Positions 39,760-48,939 of a stretch of DNA of 60,720 nt are shown here, piece after piece (within the stretch, counting starts at the first letter, position 1; every line of letters begins with the position of its first letter). The stretch covers positions 1 through 60,720 of IMG/VR virus record IMGVR_UViG_3300009168_000011. One strand, given 5' to 3'. This DNA comes from a virus. Taxonomy: Duplodnaviria; Caudoviricetes. Below the pieces are notes generated by a model. The model ran no database searches. It was given only the letters and a program-made list of their open reading frames with translations, and was not told where the DNA came from. The translations under genes and the position numbers were made by a program.

Positions 39760-40632
39760 ATGTCCGATATCACTTTCGCCTCCTCGACCATGCTGCTGTC
39801 GCTCAACATCTCGATCTGGTCCGGCAACAAGCTTGACAAGGGCGAGACCGCCGACGTTCGCTCCCGCACCGGTGCCCGGCAGGGTGCCGTCCGGGTCCAC
39901 AAGTCGCTGCTGCCTGACGCTCAGGAACTGCTCGACCTGCGCCGCCACGCCACCCTCGTCCGCGAGTTCTTCAACGCCCGCACCGCGCCGTGGGCTGGCG
40001 ACATGCGGATCATGCGGTCCGACGCCTACCTCGACTTCTCTCAGGAGTTGGCCGCCCACAAGCGCCACTTCTCGGTGCTGGTCGAGCGGCTGGTCGACGC
40101 CTACGAACTGCGTGTCAACGAGGCCCGCACCCGGCTCGGCACGATGTTCGATCCCGCCGACTACCCCGATGTCCGGGATATCCGCAACGCCCACGGCTTC
40201 GCCGTCCGCGTGGCACCGACCCCGTCCGTCAAGGACTGGCGTCTCGACCTCAACGACGAGGTGATGGGCGACCTGCGCCGTGATCTGGAGGAACAGAGCA
40301 ACTCCGCCATGCAGGGTGCGCTGGCCGACGTGGCGTCACGCATTGCCGAGGTGGCGAAGCGGGCTCACGAGCGCCTGTCCGACCCGTCGGCGATCTTCAG
40401 GGACAGCCTGATCGGCAACATCGACGAACTTGTCGGCCTGCTGCCGATCCTCAACGTCGCCAACGATCCGCAGCTGGACGACCTCGCCACCAACCTCCGC
40501 CTGTCGGTGTTCGGGGTCACTCCCGAGGTGCTCCGTGCCGACCCGCTGGTGCGCCGCGAGAAGGCCACCGAGATGGGCCAGCTTGCCGCCAACGCCGAGG
40601 CGCTGGCCGACCTGTTCGGAGGTGCACGCTGA
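39760..40632 (+). CDS. DUF3150-like protein
   Basis: LSLNISIWSGNKLD, RTAPW, FDPADYP, IFRDSL, LNVANDP; neighbour of AAA and vWA genes. Confidence 0.7.
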   Translation: MSDITFASSTMLLSLNISIWSGNKLDKGETADVRSRTGARQGAVRVHKSLLPDAQELLDLRRHATLVREFFNARTAPWAGDMRIMRSDAYLDFSQELAAHKRHFSVLVERLVDAYELRVNEARTRLGTMFDPADYPDVRDIRNAHGFAVRVAPTPSVKDWRLDLNDEVMGDLRRDLEEQSNSAMQGALADVASRIAEVAKRAHERLSDPSAIFRDSLIGNIDELVGLLPILNVANDPQLDDLATNLRLSVFGVTPEVLRADPLVRREKATEMGQLAANAEALADLFGGAR

Positions 40633-40964
40633 TGGCCCAGCAAGTGATCGTGCTGCGCAGGGACGGCCACGTCGTCGCCTATCACAGCGACCTGTCAGGT
40701 GGGCTGGAGCAGGCGTTCCAGACTGCGCTGGCTGCCCAGCGCAGGGCCGAGGCGAGGGAGCCCGATGCCAAGTTCGCCCTGTCCATCGAGCCGGTGTCAG
40801 CGGTGAAAACCGTGCAGTACAAGCACGGTGGCAGGTGGCACAACATCGAGGGGCATGGCTGCGCCGACGAGGCGGAGATGCAGGAGTACGTGGACACACT
40901 CAGCAAGTATGGCCCCGGCCTCCGCGTTGCCGATGTCACCACCAACGGGGAGGTCGCGAAGTGA
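40632..40964 (+). CDS. hypothetical protein
   Basis: GGAGG SD; TGATG coupling. Confidence 0.7.
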   Translation: MAQQVIVLRRDGHVVAYHSDLSGGLEQAFQTALAAQRRAEAREPDAKFALSIEPVSAVKTVQYKHGGRWHNIEGHGCADEAEMQEYVDTLSKYGPGLRVADVTTNGEVAK

Positions 40965-41137
40965 TGGGCCGGTTCAAGGTCGCCCCGTTCGACAAGGGCT
41001 ATGGCGACGGCAATCGTTTCGATGGCCTGTACGACCCGCGCTACGACTACCAGCCCGATGAGCGTGCCGAGTACCGGCAGGGCTTCGACGCTGGCCGCAA
41101 CGTCAAGCTGGCTGGCCTGTGTGGAGGTGCCCGCTGA
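40964..41137 (+). CDS. 57-aa hypothetical protein
   Basis: MGRFKVAPFDKGYGDG...YRQGFDAG; GGAGG SD; coupled. Confidence 0.6.
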   Translation: MGRFKVAPFDKGYGDGNRFDGLYDPRYDYQPDERAEYRQGFDAGRNVKLAGLCGGAR

Positions 41138-41211
41138 TGCAATGGCACGCCCCGCTGATCGCGTTCGTGGCTCTGTTCGTGGTGATGGCTATTCTTGCCG
41201 TCGCCTCCTGA
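41137..41211 (+). CDS. 24-aa single-pass membrane peptide
   Basis: MQWHAPLIAFVALFVVMAILAVAS; GGAGG SD; TGATG overlap. Confidence 0.55.
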   Translation: MQWHAPLIAFVALFVVMAILAVAS

Positions 41212-41253
41212 CGTACACCGTGTAGGCTGGCCCACCCAGCCTACACGTGAGCG

Positions 41254-41282
41254 TTGACACGGCCCTGACAACCTGCTATACC
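41254..41282 (+). promoter_or_regulatory. sigma70-type promoter preceded by a 12-bp hairpin (41219-41247)
   Basis: TTGACA-N17-TATACC. Confidence 0.55.
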
Positions 41283-41289
41283 ATGACAC

Positions 41290-42534
41290 ATGGTCAACCA
41301 AAGGAACTACCCGATGACGCACCCGATCCTTCAGCTTCCGATCCTTCACTCCATCTCCGCCGCCGAGGTGATCAGCCAAGCCAAGGCACGCCTGATCCTG
41401 ACGCAACCGTTCTTCGGCAGCCTCGCCTGCTCGATGGACTTCGTCGAGGAACCCGGCCTCAACCCTCCGACCATGGCCACTGACGGCGAGAAGGTTTACT
41501 ACCATCCGCAGTTCGTGCTGACCCACACGGCGGACGAGAACCTGTTCGTGGTGTGCCATGAAATCATGCACGTGGCGCTGGTCCACATGTTCCGGATGCG
41601 GACCCGCGACATGCGGCTCGGCAACATCGCCGCCGACTACGCCATCAACGAAATCCTGTGTGTCGAGGGCATCGGCAGCTTCCCCAAGGGTGGCTTACGC
41701 GACAGCGACATCTACAAGCGTGGCGGCGGCACGATGGAGGGCATCTACTCGCTGCTCCTGCAGGAGAACCCGCCTCCGCCTCCGGGTGGCGGCGGCAAGC
41801 CGGGCGACGGTGAGCCGGGCGATGGCTTGCCCGAACTGATGGACCGCCTGCTCGAACCCGGTGCGGGCAAGAGCGAGAGCGAGGTCGCAGCCAAGGAAGC
41901 CGAGGTCCGCCTGAAGGTGGCCGGTGCAATGCAGGCAGCGGAGATGCGTGGCACCCTGCCGGGTAGCCTCAAGCGCCTGCTCAAGGACGCGCTCGACGTC
42001 AAGACGCCGTGGCAGAACGTGCTGCGCCGCTTCTTCACGGAGCGCAGCGATGAGTACCGCTCGTGGGCACGGCCCAACCGCCGGTTCGCCAGTCAAGGCA
42101 TCTACCTGCCCAGCCCGGACGGGGTGCGCATGGGCATTGCCTTCTGCGGCACCGATGCGTCGGGCTCGATCAACCAGAAGATGTTCGACATCTTCGCCGC
42201 CGAGATGAACAAGGTGGTCGCCGACACTATGCCCAAGAAGGTGGTCGTCGGGGTGTTCGACACCCGCATCACGGATGAAATCGAGTTCGATCCATCCGAG
42301 GGTGATCGCATTGTGCTCACGGCCAAGGCAGGGGGCGGCACCAACTTCGCCCCGGTCATGGACTGGTGCCAGAGCAGGGACGAGGACCCGGCGTGCCTGA
42401 TCATGCTGACCGACGGTCACTGCGGCCAGTTCGGCAACGAGCCCAGCTGCCCGGTGCTGTGGGCGGTGCTCGGGTCGACCGGCAACAAGAAGTTCAAGCC
42501 GCCCTTCGGCGAGGTCATCTGGATCGAGGGGTAA
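41290..42534 (+). CDS. DUF2201-type metallopeptidase fused to vWA domain
   Basis: TMATDG, HEIMH, NIAADYAIN; DASGS, GGGTNF, LTDG (MIDAS). Confidence 0.9.
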   Translation: MVNQRNYPMTHPILQLPILHSISAAEVISQAKARLILTQPFFGSLACSMDFVEEPGLNPPTMATDGEKVYYHPQFVLTHTADENLFVVCHEIMHVALVHMFRMRTRDMRLGNIAADYAINEILCVEGIGSFPKGGLRDSDIYKRGGGTMEGIYSLLLQENPPPPPGGGGKPGDGEPGDGLPELMDRLLEPGAGKSESEVAAKEAEVRLKVAGAMQAAEMRGTLPGSLKRLLKDALDVKTPWQNVLRRFFTERSDEYRSWARPNRRFASQGIYLPSPDGVRMGIAFCGTDASGSINQKMFDIFAAEMNKVVADTMPKKVVVGVFDTRITDEIEFDPSEGDRIVLTAKAGGGTNFAPVMDWCQSRDEDPACLIMLTDGHCGQFGNEPSCPVLWAVLGSTGNKKFKPPFGEVIWIEG

Positions 42535-42570
42535 CATGGACGTGGCCGGTGCGGGGGCACCGGCCACTGC

Positions 42571-42591
42571 CACTTGATTAAAAACCAAATG
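42571..42591 (+). promoter_or_regulatory. 21-bp dispersed motif, copy 6
   Basis: CACTTGATTAAAAACCAAATG, after a GC-rich hairpin. Confidence 0.8.
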
Positions 42592-42602
42592 GAGTTCGTG
42601 CA

Positions 42603-43232
42603 ATGGTCAAGCTGCATACCATCCCCGGCGTTCACGCCGTCACCACCTACACGCTGGTCCCTCGGGACCTGACGCCGACCACCCGCAATCTCGTGGTAGC
42701 TGCGCTGTCACGTGGCTACGTGGTTGGGCACCCCACCCACTCGGTCACCTATCAGGTGATCAGCGCACTCAGCAACGGGCTCGGCCAGAAGTTCGAGCGG
42801 CGCTTCGCCATGCCGGTCTTCGGCTTCCCGTCTGACGTTAGCACCCGCGAGTACCCGATTACCGACGTGCACTATCCGTTCGGCATGCTGGAGTTGGTCA
42901 AGCCGGAACTTGACGACCTGCGCAAGGAACTGGCGGTGACCTACTCGCTGATCACGGCCAAGACCAAGCTGGCGGTGCCGGTACGCTCCCGGTTCGTGCC
43001 CGACCTGTCAACCCCGGAAGCGAAGACCTGCGGCAGGTTTGCCGGGATCAAGCCCGAAGCGCCCCGCCTGATCGCCTTCGTCGGCACGATGGTGGCGCGT
43101 GCCGACCCGGCGTTCCGCCACGACATGCGGCTGATGCGCGAGGTGATCCAGATGGGCGAGGCGGTGCCGTACCTCGTCAAGCACAAGGTCAACCCGACCG
43201 CCAAGCCTGCCGCCAAGAAGGGAAAGAAGTGA
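42603..43232 (+). CDS. hypothetical protein
   Basis: GGAG SD; codon usage like neighbours. Confidence 0.7.
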   Translation: MVKLHTIPGVHAVTTYTLVPRDLTPTTRNLVVAALSRGYVVGHPTHSVTYQVISALSNGLGQKFERRFAMPVFGFPSDVSTREYPITDVHYPFGMLELVKPELDDLRKELAVTYSLITAKTKLAVPVRSRFVPDLSTPEAKTCGRFAGIKPEAPRLIAFVGTMVARADPAFRHDMRLMREVIQMGEAVPYLVKHKVNPTAKPAAKKGKK

Positions 43233-44044
43233 TGGTCCGGGTAGTGGGGACAGTGGCTCCGCCGCCATGGGTGGCGACAGGCGGACGCGACCCGGACAAC
43301 GCACGTCTCGGGCTCGTCGAGCGGACCATCATCGGGGTCAACAATGTCTACTTCGACATCGGCACCTCGCTGAAGGACCGGTTCTGGGCGGACCACAACG
43401 CGACCGACGTGATCAACCATGCGCTGGCCGAGAACTATCGGCTGCATGGGGTGCAGCCGCTGCGTGGCGAGGGCTACCTGCCCGAGGCATGGATGACACC
43501 GATCCGGCAGGCGCAGATCGTCGTCGTCCCGTCCCGCCCACGTGGTCTCACTCTGCCGGGTGGCGACAACCCGATGTTCGGCTCGCTGACGACCCCGCCC
43601 AACCGTGGGCAGTGGGTTATCGAGAGCGGGCTGCACGCTGCCAACCTGCGGCTGACCGGCATCGTGCCCGACGCTGGCAAGGACACGGCGGTGCTGCTGG
43701 TGAACAGCAACTCGCCGGGTCCGAGCGGCGAGGTCGCATCCCTGCTCGCTACGCTGGTGGGGTGGGACCGGGACCGCAGTGCGATGATGAAGGCGGTGCG
43801 GGCGGTGCTCACCCGGTGCGACGGGGACTTGGCGCTGGCACTGACCGTGATGCCGGACCTGACACGGTTCCTGCCGCACGAGGCGTACCCGCTGCCGCCG
43901 CAACGACTGCTCGACCTGATCAAGCAGGAGCAGGCGCAACAGGCCATGATCGGGGTCGACATGGGCGCATACCTGCCAGCCACCATACGGCTGGCCAAGC
44001 ATGACGAAACAACCAACGCAAAGAAGGGAACACCACGTGGCTAA
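43229..44044 (+). CDS. hypothetical protein
   Basis: Coupled ORF in the early operon. Confidence 0.7.
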   Translation: MMVRVVGTVAPPPWVATGGRDPDNARLGLVERTIIGVNNVYFDIGTSLKDRFWADHNATDVINHALAENYRLHGVQPLRGEGYLPEAWMTPIRQAQIVVVPSRPRGLTLPGGDNPMFGSLTTPPNRGQWVIESGLHAANLRLTGIVPDAGKDTAVLLVNSNSPGPSGEVASLLATLVGWDRDRSAMMKAVRAVLTRCDGDLALALTVMPDLTRFLPHEAYPLPPQRLLDLIKQEQAQQAMIGVDMGAYLPATIRLAKHDETTNAKKGTPRG

Positions 44045-44759
44045 CGCATTTACCAAGAGCGAGAAGGACCGGACATCTGGCCGGGCGCGCACCCTCTACA
44101 ACGAGATGCAGACTGTCCTGCAGGACGATACGTGGGGGGCGATGGACCCCGACGACATCGCCAAGCGGCTGGTCACCATGAACTGCCACTACCATGGCTT
44201 CAACGAACTCTCGCTGAAGCGCATGCCCGAGGTGGCACAGCACGAGGTCACCGGCATCCGCATCCTGACCGACAACAACAAGTCGCCACTGGTGCGTCCG
44301 TTGCGCAGGCCGATGAAGGTGCCGGTGGTGCTGCTGGTAGCCAACGCCAAGCGCAACAACTCTCGGTACGATGACCTGTTCGGCAACCTGTCGACCGGCA
44401 AGTCGCCCAACGCGCCGTTCCTCCTGCCGTCACCGGCGGGGGAGATGATCGGCCCGTCGTACCAGATGCTGATGAACCTGCAGCGGGAGGTGTCCGACTT
44501 GATTACCGACCAGTCCAAGATGGCCAACATGCTGCGCCATATCCTGCCCGCCTCGAAGTCGGTGCGCGCGGTGTGCTCGGTGTTCCCGGTGATCCGTCAC
44601 TTCCTGTCGCCGACGATGGCTCAGGAAATTGAGGGTGTCGACCTGACCAAGGCGCGTGGTGATGTGCATAGCATATCACGTACCGTTGACATGGGCGAGA
44701 TGATCCAGCTATCACTGAAGGTGGAGGCATACATGAAACACCGTGTGCCCACGAGTTAA
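44037..44759 (+). CDS. hypothetical protein (weakly Nmad5-like C-terminus)
   Basis: GTG start after AAGGGAA; SVRAVCSVFPVIRHFL. Confidence 0.55.
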   Translation: MANAFTKSEKDRTSGRARTLYNEMQTVLQDDTWGAMDPDDIAKRLVTMNCHYHGFNELSLKRMPEVAQHEVTGIRILTDNNKSPLVRPLRRPMKVPVVLLVANAKRNNSRYDDLFGNLSTGKSPNAPFLLPSPAGEMIGPSYQMLMNLQREVSDLITDQSKMANMLRHILPASKSVRAVCSVFPVIRHFLSPTMAQEIEGVDLTKARGDVHSISRTVDMGEMIQLSLKVEAYMKHRVPTS

Positions 44760-44770
44760 GGAGCAGTACG

Positions 44771-45043
44771 ATGTACTCGATTGAACAGAACGTGCCGATC
44801 CCGGTGATGCGGCATGGCGGTTCGGCGTTCCCGCTGTCGGAACTGTCGACGGGCGAGAGCTTCTTCGTCCCCGGCGGGGAGGATATCGTCAAGACGCGGG
44901 CCAAGCTGACCGCCGCCATCGCCAACCATTACCGCCGCAAGAAATCGCAGCGCCGGTTCACGGTGCAGACCCAGATCGAGGACGGGGTGAAAGGCATGCG
45001 TGTGTGGTGCCTGTCCAACCCGGACGAGAAGGACGAAGATTAG
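44771..45043 (+). CDS. small putative DNA-binding protein
   Basis: IEQNVPIP..FPL..L..GESFFVP...GMRVW; AAGGAG SD. Confidence 0.7.
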   Translation: MYSIEQNVPIPVMRHGGSAFPLSELSTGESFFVPGGEDIVKTRAKLTAAIANHYRRKKSQRRFTVQTQIEDGVKGMRVWCLSNPDEKDED

Positions 45044-45045
45044 TT

Positions 45046-45180
45046 GGTGCCCGATTGGAACTTAGCCGGAGGTACTGCACCCCGGTGACACAAGCACTGG
45101 TTGCGTAGCGGTTGAGGGCTGCGTGCAAGTCATAACCCTCACTCGCAAGGACACGTCAACGGCCCGTCAGTCTGGGCACC
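45046..45180 (+). ncRNA. candidate structured RNA
   Basis: Closing stem GGTGCCC/GGGCACC encloses two internal hairpins. Confidence 0.4.
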
Positions 45181-45190
45181 CGGAACGTAG

Positions 45191-45517
45191 GTGCGGGGCG
45201 AAGCCAGTGAAGCAGCATACCGGGAGGCGGGGAAGTCCACGCCCCGCCTCCCAATTCATCAGTGGTCAGACATGGGGTATATTCAAATGGTTGGATCAAT
45301 CACGGTTAGTCACCGGGTCAAGGAGGGCGAGGCCAATGCCGAGACCCTGCAGACCATCAACGTCGCCGACGTGCTGTGCATCAGCTTCAGGTCAGACAAG
45401 AACATGGCCCGCTACCGTCGCCTCGTTTACTCGATCAACAAGCAGGCCGAGTTCCGGTATCGCACGATCCGTAGCGATGGCGGCATGTGGGAACTGCTGA
45501 TCCTTCGACTGAAGTAG
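45191..45517 (+). CDS. hypothetical protein
   Basis: ORF fills the gap; start uncertain. Confidence 0.55.
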   Translation: MRGEASEAAYREAGKSTPRLPIHQWSDMGYIQMVGSITVSHRVKEGEANAETLQTINVADVLCISFRSDKNMARYRRLVYSINKQAEFRYRTIRSDGGMWELLILRLK

Positions 45518-45538
45518 GTCAACGAAAGGGGTAGTGCA

Positions 45539-46225
45539 ATGTCAGGAATGAGAGCAGCGGCGAAGGCCCACTACGAGGCTTCGCTTCAGGATAATATCCC
45601 CGGTGCGGTGCACCGGGAAGCGATGGGCCGGTCGAGCATAGACATACCATGCGCGGCATGCCTGAAGCTGGTCGAGGATGCCTATCACTCGGCCAACCGG
45701 ATGCCGCCGCCCAAGGTGGCGAAGTCATTGAAAGCGCGCGGCTGGTACATCGGGAACAGCGCACGTAAACATATCTGTCCCGCACATTTAAGGGGTCAAA
45801 AGGAAATGCCTGAGTATCTGAAGCCGGTTCCGTCCGGCAGCGGCAGCGTGATTGCCATGGTGGTTGCTGATCAGGCCGCTACCGACAAGGCGAAGCAGGC
45901 CAAGCGGCTGGCCTACGACTGGCTGGTCGAGGCGTTCGACGTGGCAGCCGGGCAGTACAAGGATGCGTCGATTACCGATGCGTCCATCGCCAAGGACGTG
46001 GGCCTCAGTGAGAAGGTCATCAGTGACCTGCGCGAGGAGTTCTTCGGCCCGATGAAGGCACCGTCCGAGGTGCGTGCGCTGATCGACGAGGTGCGCGGTG
46101 CCGAGGAGCGGGGCAAGGCGATAGTCAACGAGTTCAACGTCAAGATGTCGGGCCTGCACAAGGACATCGCCGACATCGACAAGAAGATCGACGCGCTCGT
46201 GCTGAAGCGGGGGTGGGCGCTATGA
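45539..46225 (+). CDS. Zn-ribbon plus HTH-like/coiled-coil protein
   Basis: CAAC...GW...ICPAH; TDASIAKDVG...LREEFFGP. Confidence 0.7.
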   Translation: MSGMRAAAKAHYEASLQDNIPGAVHREAMGRSSIDIPCAACLKLVEDAYHSANRMPPPKVAKSLKARGWYIGNSARKHICPAHLRGQKEMPEYLKPVPSGSGSVIAMVVADQAATDKAKQAKRLAYDWLVEAFDVAAGQYKDASITDASIAKDVGLSEKVISDLREEFFGPMKAPSEVRALIDEVRGAEERGKAIVNEFNVKMSGLHKDIADIDKKIDALVLKRGWAL

Positions 46226-46476
46226 CCGACATCGAGAAGATGGACTTGGCCGAGACCACGGACCTGATGCAGGGCGTGGCGGCTGCGCTGGACGAGTGCC
46301 TCAACGGCAAGGTGGTGCCCAAGAAGGTGGCGTTCGTCCTGCTGCTGGCCAACTTCGGCGAGACCGACGGGGGCCGGGTCAACTATGTCAGCAACGCCAA
46401 CCGTGACGACATCGTGCCCATGATGAAGGGGCTGATCGACCGCTGGGAAAATGGGGAGGTGGTACATGAGCAATAG
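46222..46476 (+). CDS. hypothetical phage protein
   Basis: FVLLLANFG...NYVSNANRDD; ATGA overlap. Confidence 0.7.
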   Translation: MTDIEKMDLAETTDLMQGVAAALDECLNGKVVPKKVAFVLLLANFGETDGGRVNYVSNANRDDIVPMMKGLIDRWENGEVVHEQ

Positions 46477-46630
46477 CTACATCAGGATCATCGGCGACGA
46501 ACTGTGGCTCGACGGGCAGAAGGTCGGCACCCTCCACACGGAGGGTGTCACGGCGTCTGTCGCCGCCGCAGTCCGCACGCACCTGACCAAGACGCTGGCC
46601 GACGAGCCGGTTAGGAAGTGGAGACCATGA
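46466..46630 (+). CDS. 54-aa hypothetical protein
   Basis: GGAGG SD; MSNSYIRIIGDELWLDG... Confidence 0.6.
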   Translation: MSNSYIRIIGDELWLDGQKVGTLHTEGVTASVAAAVRTHLTKTLADEPVRKWRP

Positions 46631-46791
46631 CCGAGGATCAGTTTGAAGCCCTGCTCGATCTGATCGGCGCGATTGCGTCTGAGCGGGTGGGAGAAGCCGT
46701 TCACCAGCGCCGTTCCAAGTACGGTGCCAGCATGGCAGTCGACGCAGCACGCGCCGCGTTCAACCTGCCACCGAAGGAACCCGAAGCATGA
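46627..46791 (+). CDS. 54-aa hypothetical protein
   Basis: GGAG SD; ATGA overlap; MTEDQFEALL... Confidence 0.6.
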   Translation: MTEDQFEALLDLIGAIASERVGEAVHQRRSKYGASMAVDAARAAFNLPPKEPEA

Positions 46792-46961
46792 ACACGCAAC
46801 GACCGTTCATTGACACGCGCCGCCCGTCGCAGCGTTATGACTTCCACCGCATGCCAGTGGAAGGGAGTTATGCAATGCGCCACTCGAACGACCGGAGGAC
46901 TGCCGTCGCTGCGGCGGCGGTCATCCTCGTCCTCGTTGCCGTGCTGTTGTGGGTGTACTGA
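46788..46961 (+). CDS. small single-pass membrane protein (alternative start 46875)
   Basis: C-terminal AVAAAAVILVLVAVLLWVY. Confidence 0.55.
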   Translation: MNTQRPFIDTRRPSQRYDFHRMPVEGSYAMRHSNDRRTAVAAAAVILVLVAVLLWVY

Positions 46962-47203
46962 TGGCCAAGGAAATCTGGACCCACGAGCAGGTCGACAACC
47001 TCAACGAGTATCAGGTGGCGGGTGTCATGCACCCGTTCACCTGCGGCAACGAGCACCCCGGCAACAAGGTGCTGGTGGCGACGGTGCGTGGCTGGATTTG
47101 TACCGGCTGCGACTGGACGCAGGATTGGGCGCACCCGTTCATGATCAGCGGGGCTGCGGTCGAAGCCGCCCGCAAGGCGATGAAGGGAGAGACCGATGCG
47201 TGA
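46961..47203 (+). CDS. small Zn-finger protein
   Basis: HPFTCG...WICTGCDWTQDWAH. Confidence 0.7.
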   Translation: MAKEIWTHEQVDNLNEYQVAGVMHPFTCGNEHPGNKVLVATVRGWICTGCDWTQDWAHPFMISGAAVEAARKAMKGETDA

Positions 47204-47291
47204 GGCGTTCTTCCAGCGTGCGGTCGGGCTCATGCTACTGGCCTACATCGCCGTCATCCTGACCATCATGCTGTTTGAAGGGGGCGTCTGA
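47196..47291 (+). CDS. 31-aa single-pass membrane peptide
   Basis: MREAFFQRAVGLMLLAYIAVILTIMLFEGGV; GGAGA SD. Confidence 0.55.
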   Translation: MREAFFQRAVGLMLLAYIAVILTIMLFEGGV

Positions 47292-47569
47292 TGACTGAAC
47301 AACAGGACAGCGATGGGTTGAGGGAAGCAATTGCCACGCTTGAGCAGATAGGTTTCCTAAGCCTTGGCAATAAGGTCAGGCAAGCCGCCGCCACCATCGA
47401 AGCCATGTCTCGCCAGCTTGTCGAGGCGCGGGGGGCGCTGCGTAAGATTACTGATGAGCAACATGAGCCCGGCTGCAAGTATGATTTCTGCCCGCTGCCT
47501 GAATGTCCAACCTGTCCATCGGCAGCCGACATCGCCCACAAAGCCCTTGGAGGATCGGACCATGCCTAG
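47291..47569 (+). CDS. hypothetical Cys-containing protein
   Basis: HEPGC..C..C..C; TGATG coupling. Confidence 0.6.
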   Translation: MTEQQDSDGLREAIATLEQIGFLSLGNKVRQAAATIEAMSRQLVEARGALRKITDEQHEPGCKYDFCPLPECPTCPSAADIAHKALGGSDHA

Positions 47570-47684
47570 CAGGCCACCCAAACCACACCAGCGTCCGCCG
47601 GGCTATGGCTTCTGCCTTGTCATCGCCTTCACCATCTTCCTCGCCACCGCTGCGGGTATCTGGATCATCGCCACAACCAACTGA
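47562..47684 (+). CDS. 40-aa single-pass membrane peptide
   Basis: MPSRPP...GFCLVIAFTIFLATAAGIWIIATTN; GGAGG SD. Confidence 0.55.
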   Translation: MPSRPPKPHQRPPGYGFCLVIAFTIFLATAAGIWIIATTN

Positions 47685-47700
47685 AGAAGGGGTAACAATC

Positions 47701-47997
47701 GTGCATCACCAATACCATCACCTGACACCGAACATGAAGCGAGCGCTGGCCCGGCTGGGCGAGGGCCTGAAGTACATCGACATCCGCAGTGGCGCTGCGC
47801 TCCACCGCCGTGGTCTTGCCCGCTGGGATGCGGGAAACTACCGCGCCTACTTCCTGACCGAGACCGGTGCCGACGTGCTGGCTAGGGGCAAGGCGCGGGA
47901 GCGGGTATGCCGCTGGATCGTCACCGAGAAGAAGCACCTCGACCAAGTGACGATTGATGCCGTCATGGAATATGCGGCGTGGGCGACCAGCCAGTGA
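47701..47997 (+). CDS. winged-helix-like hypothetical protein
   Basis: AALHRRGL....LTETG; GTG start after AGGGG. Confidence 0.55.
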   Translation: MHHQYHHLTPNMKRALARLGEGLKYIDIRSGAALHRRGLARWDAGNYRAYFLTETGADVLARGKARERVCRWIVTEKKHLDQVTIDAVMEYAAWATSQ

Positions 47998-48142
47998 ACA
48001 AGGCGGAGCGACAGGCGGAACTGATCAGGCTGCAGCGTCGGCTCGAAAGCTGGCGCAACCTGATCGGTCCGAAGTGGATGCTGCGCTACAAGGCACAGAC
48101 CATCAAGGAATTGATGGACGAGATCGCCAGACTGGAAGCGTC

Positions 48143-48289
48143 ATGACCGAGGCGGAGGCGGAACGCGCAGCGATCATCCGTCACATGAAGAAGGACATCG
48201 GTTGGCTGGGCGAGGCCACAGCCAACCACGTCCGGCAACTGATCAACGATATCAGGCGGGGTGACCACCTGAAAAAGGGGGACGAGTGA
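48143..48289 (+). CDS. small hypothetical protein
   Basis: MTEAEAERAAIIRHM...IRRGDHLK; ATGA overlap. Confidence 0.5.
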   Translation: MTEAEAERAAIIRHMKKDIGWLGEATANHVRQLINDIRRGDHLKKGDE

Positions 48290-48465
48290 ACGCGTGTTAC
48301 AATCCATGGTGCGACGGCGTACCCAAGGCACGGAAGTTCGGTGGCAGGTGGACCAATCGCTGGTCGGTCGAGTGCCCGAAGTGCGAGATGCGCGGCCCGG
48401 CAGCGGCGACCGAGGCCATGGCTGTCAAGCTATGGGACGGCGAGGAACAGAAGAAGACGGCATAA
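48286..48465 (+). CDS. Lar-like Zn-ribbon protein (not in ORF track)
   Basis: CYNPWC...VECPKCEMRGP....A...W. Confidence 0.5.
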   Translation: MNACYNPWCDGVPKARKFGGRWTNRWSVECPKCEMRGPAAATEAMAVKLWDGEEQKKTA

Positions 48466-48473
48466 GGGGGACG

Positions 48474-48884
48474 ATGATGGGTTGGCTGACATGCTACCGT
48501 TGCAAGGAACAGTTCGGCCTCACCAATGAAGTCGAGGAGATGCTGCGCCGGAACCACCAGACTTTCCACTGTCCTTGGGGGCACAGCCAGCACTTCAAGG
48601 AGGGCGAGACCGAGGAACAGAAGCTGCGGCGCGAGGTCAACCAGCTGAAGCAGAACAAGGCGTACCTCGAAGACATGCGACGCAAGGCCGAGGCCCGCGC
48701 CGACCGTGAGCGCAACCGCGCCAACGGCTACAAGGGCCATGCCACCCGCATCAGCAAGCGGGTCAAGAACGGGGTCTGCATATGCTGCAACCGCACGTTC
48801 GCCGACCTCGCCCGGCACATGGCAACCAAGCACCCCACGTTCACGCCGCTCGATGTTGAGCCGGACAAGGCGACGGTGCAGTGA
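48474..48884 (+). CDS. Zn-finger/coiled-coil protein
   Basis: CYRC..FHCPWGH; coiled coil; CICCNRTF..L.RHM..KH (C2H2-like). Confidence 0.7.
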   Translation: MMGWLTCYRCKEQFGLTNEVEEMLRRNHQTFHCPWGHSQHFKEGETEEQKLRREVNQLKQNKAYLEDMRRKAEARADRERNRANGYKGHATRISKRVKNGVCICCNRTFADLARHMATKHPTFTPLDVEPDKATVQ

Positions 48885-48906
48885 AAATAATTTTCGAGGG
48901 GGGTGC

Positions 48907-48934
48907 TTGACGCCCCCGTATTACCCGTTACACA
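48907..48934 (+). promoter_or_regulatory. promoter upstream of candidate ncRNA
   Basis: TTGACG-N16-TACACA with AT-rich upstream tract. Confidence 0.45.
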
Positions 48935-48939
48935 TGATC

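Noticed and set aside
45046-45180. Cobalamin riboswitch
   Set aside because: Only fragments resemble it (GGTGC, ACTGCACCCCG); the conserved GGGAA and B12-box elements are absent.
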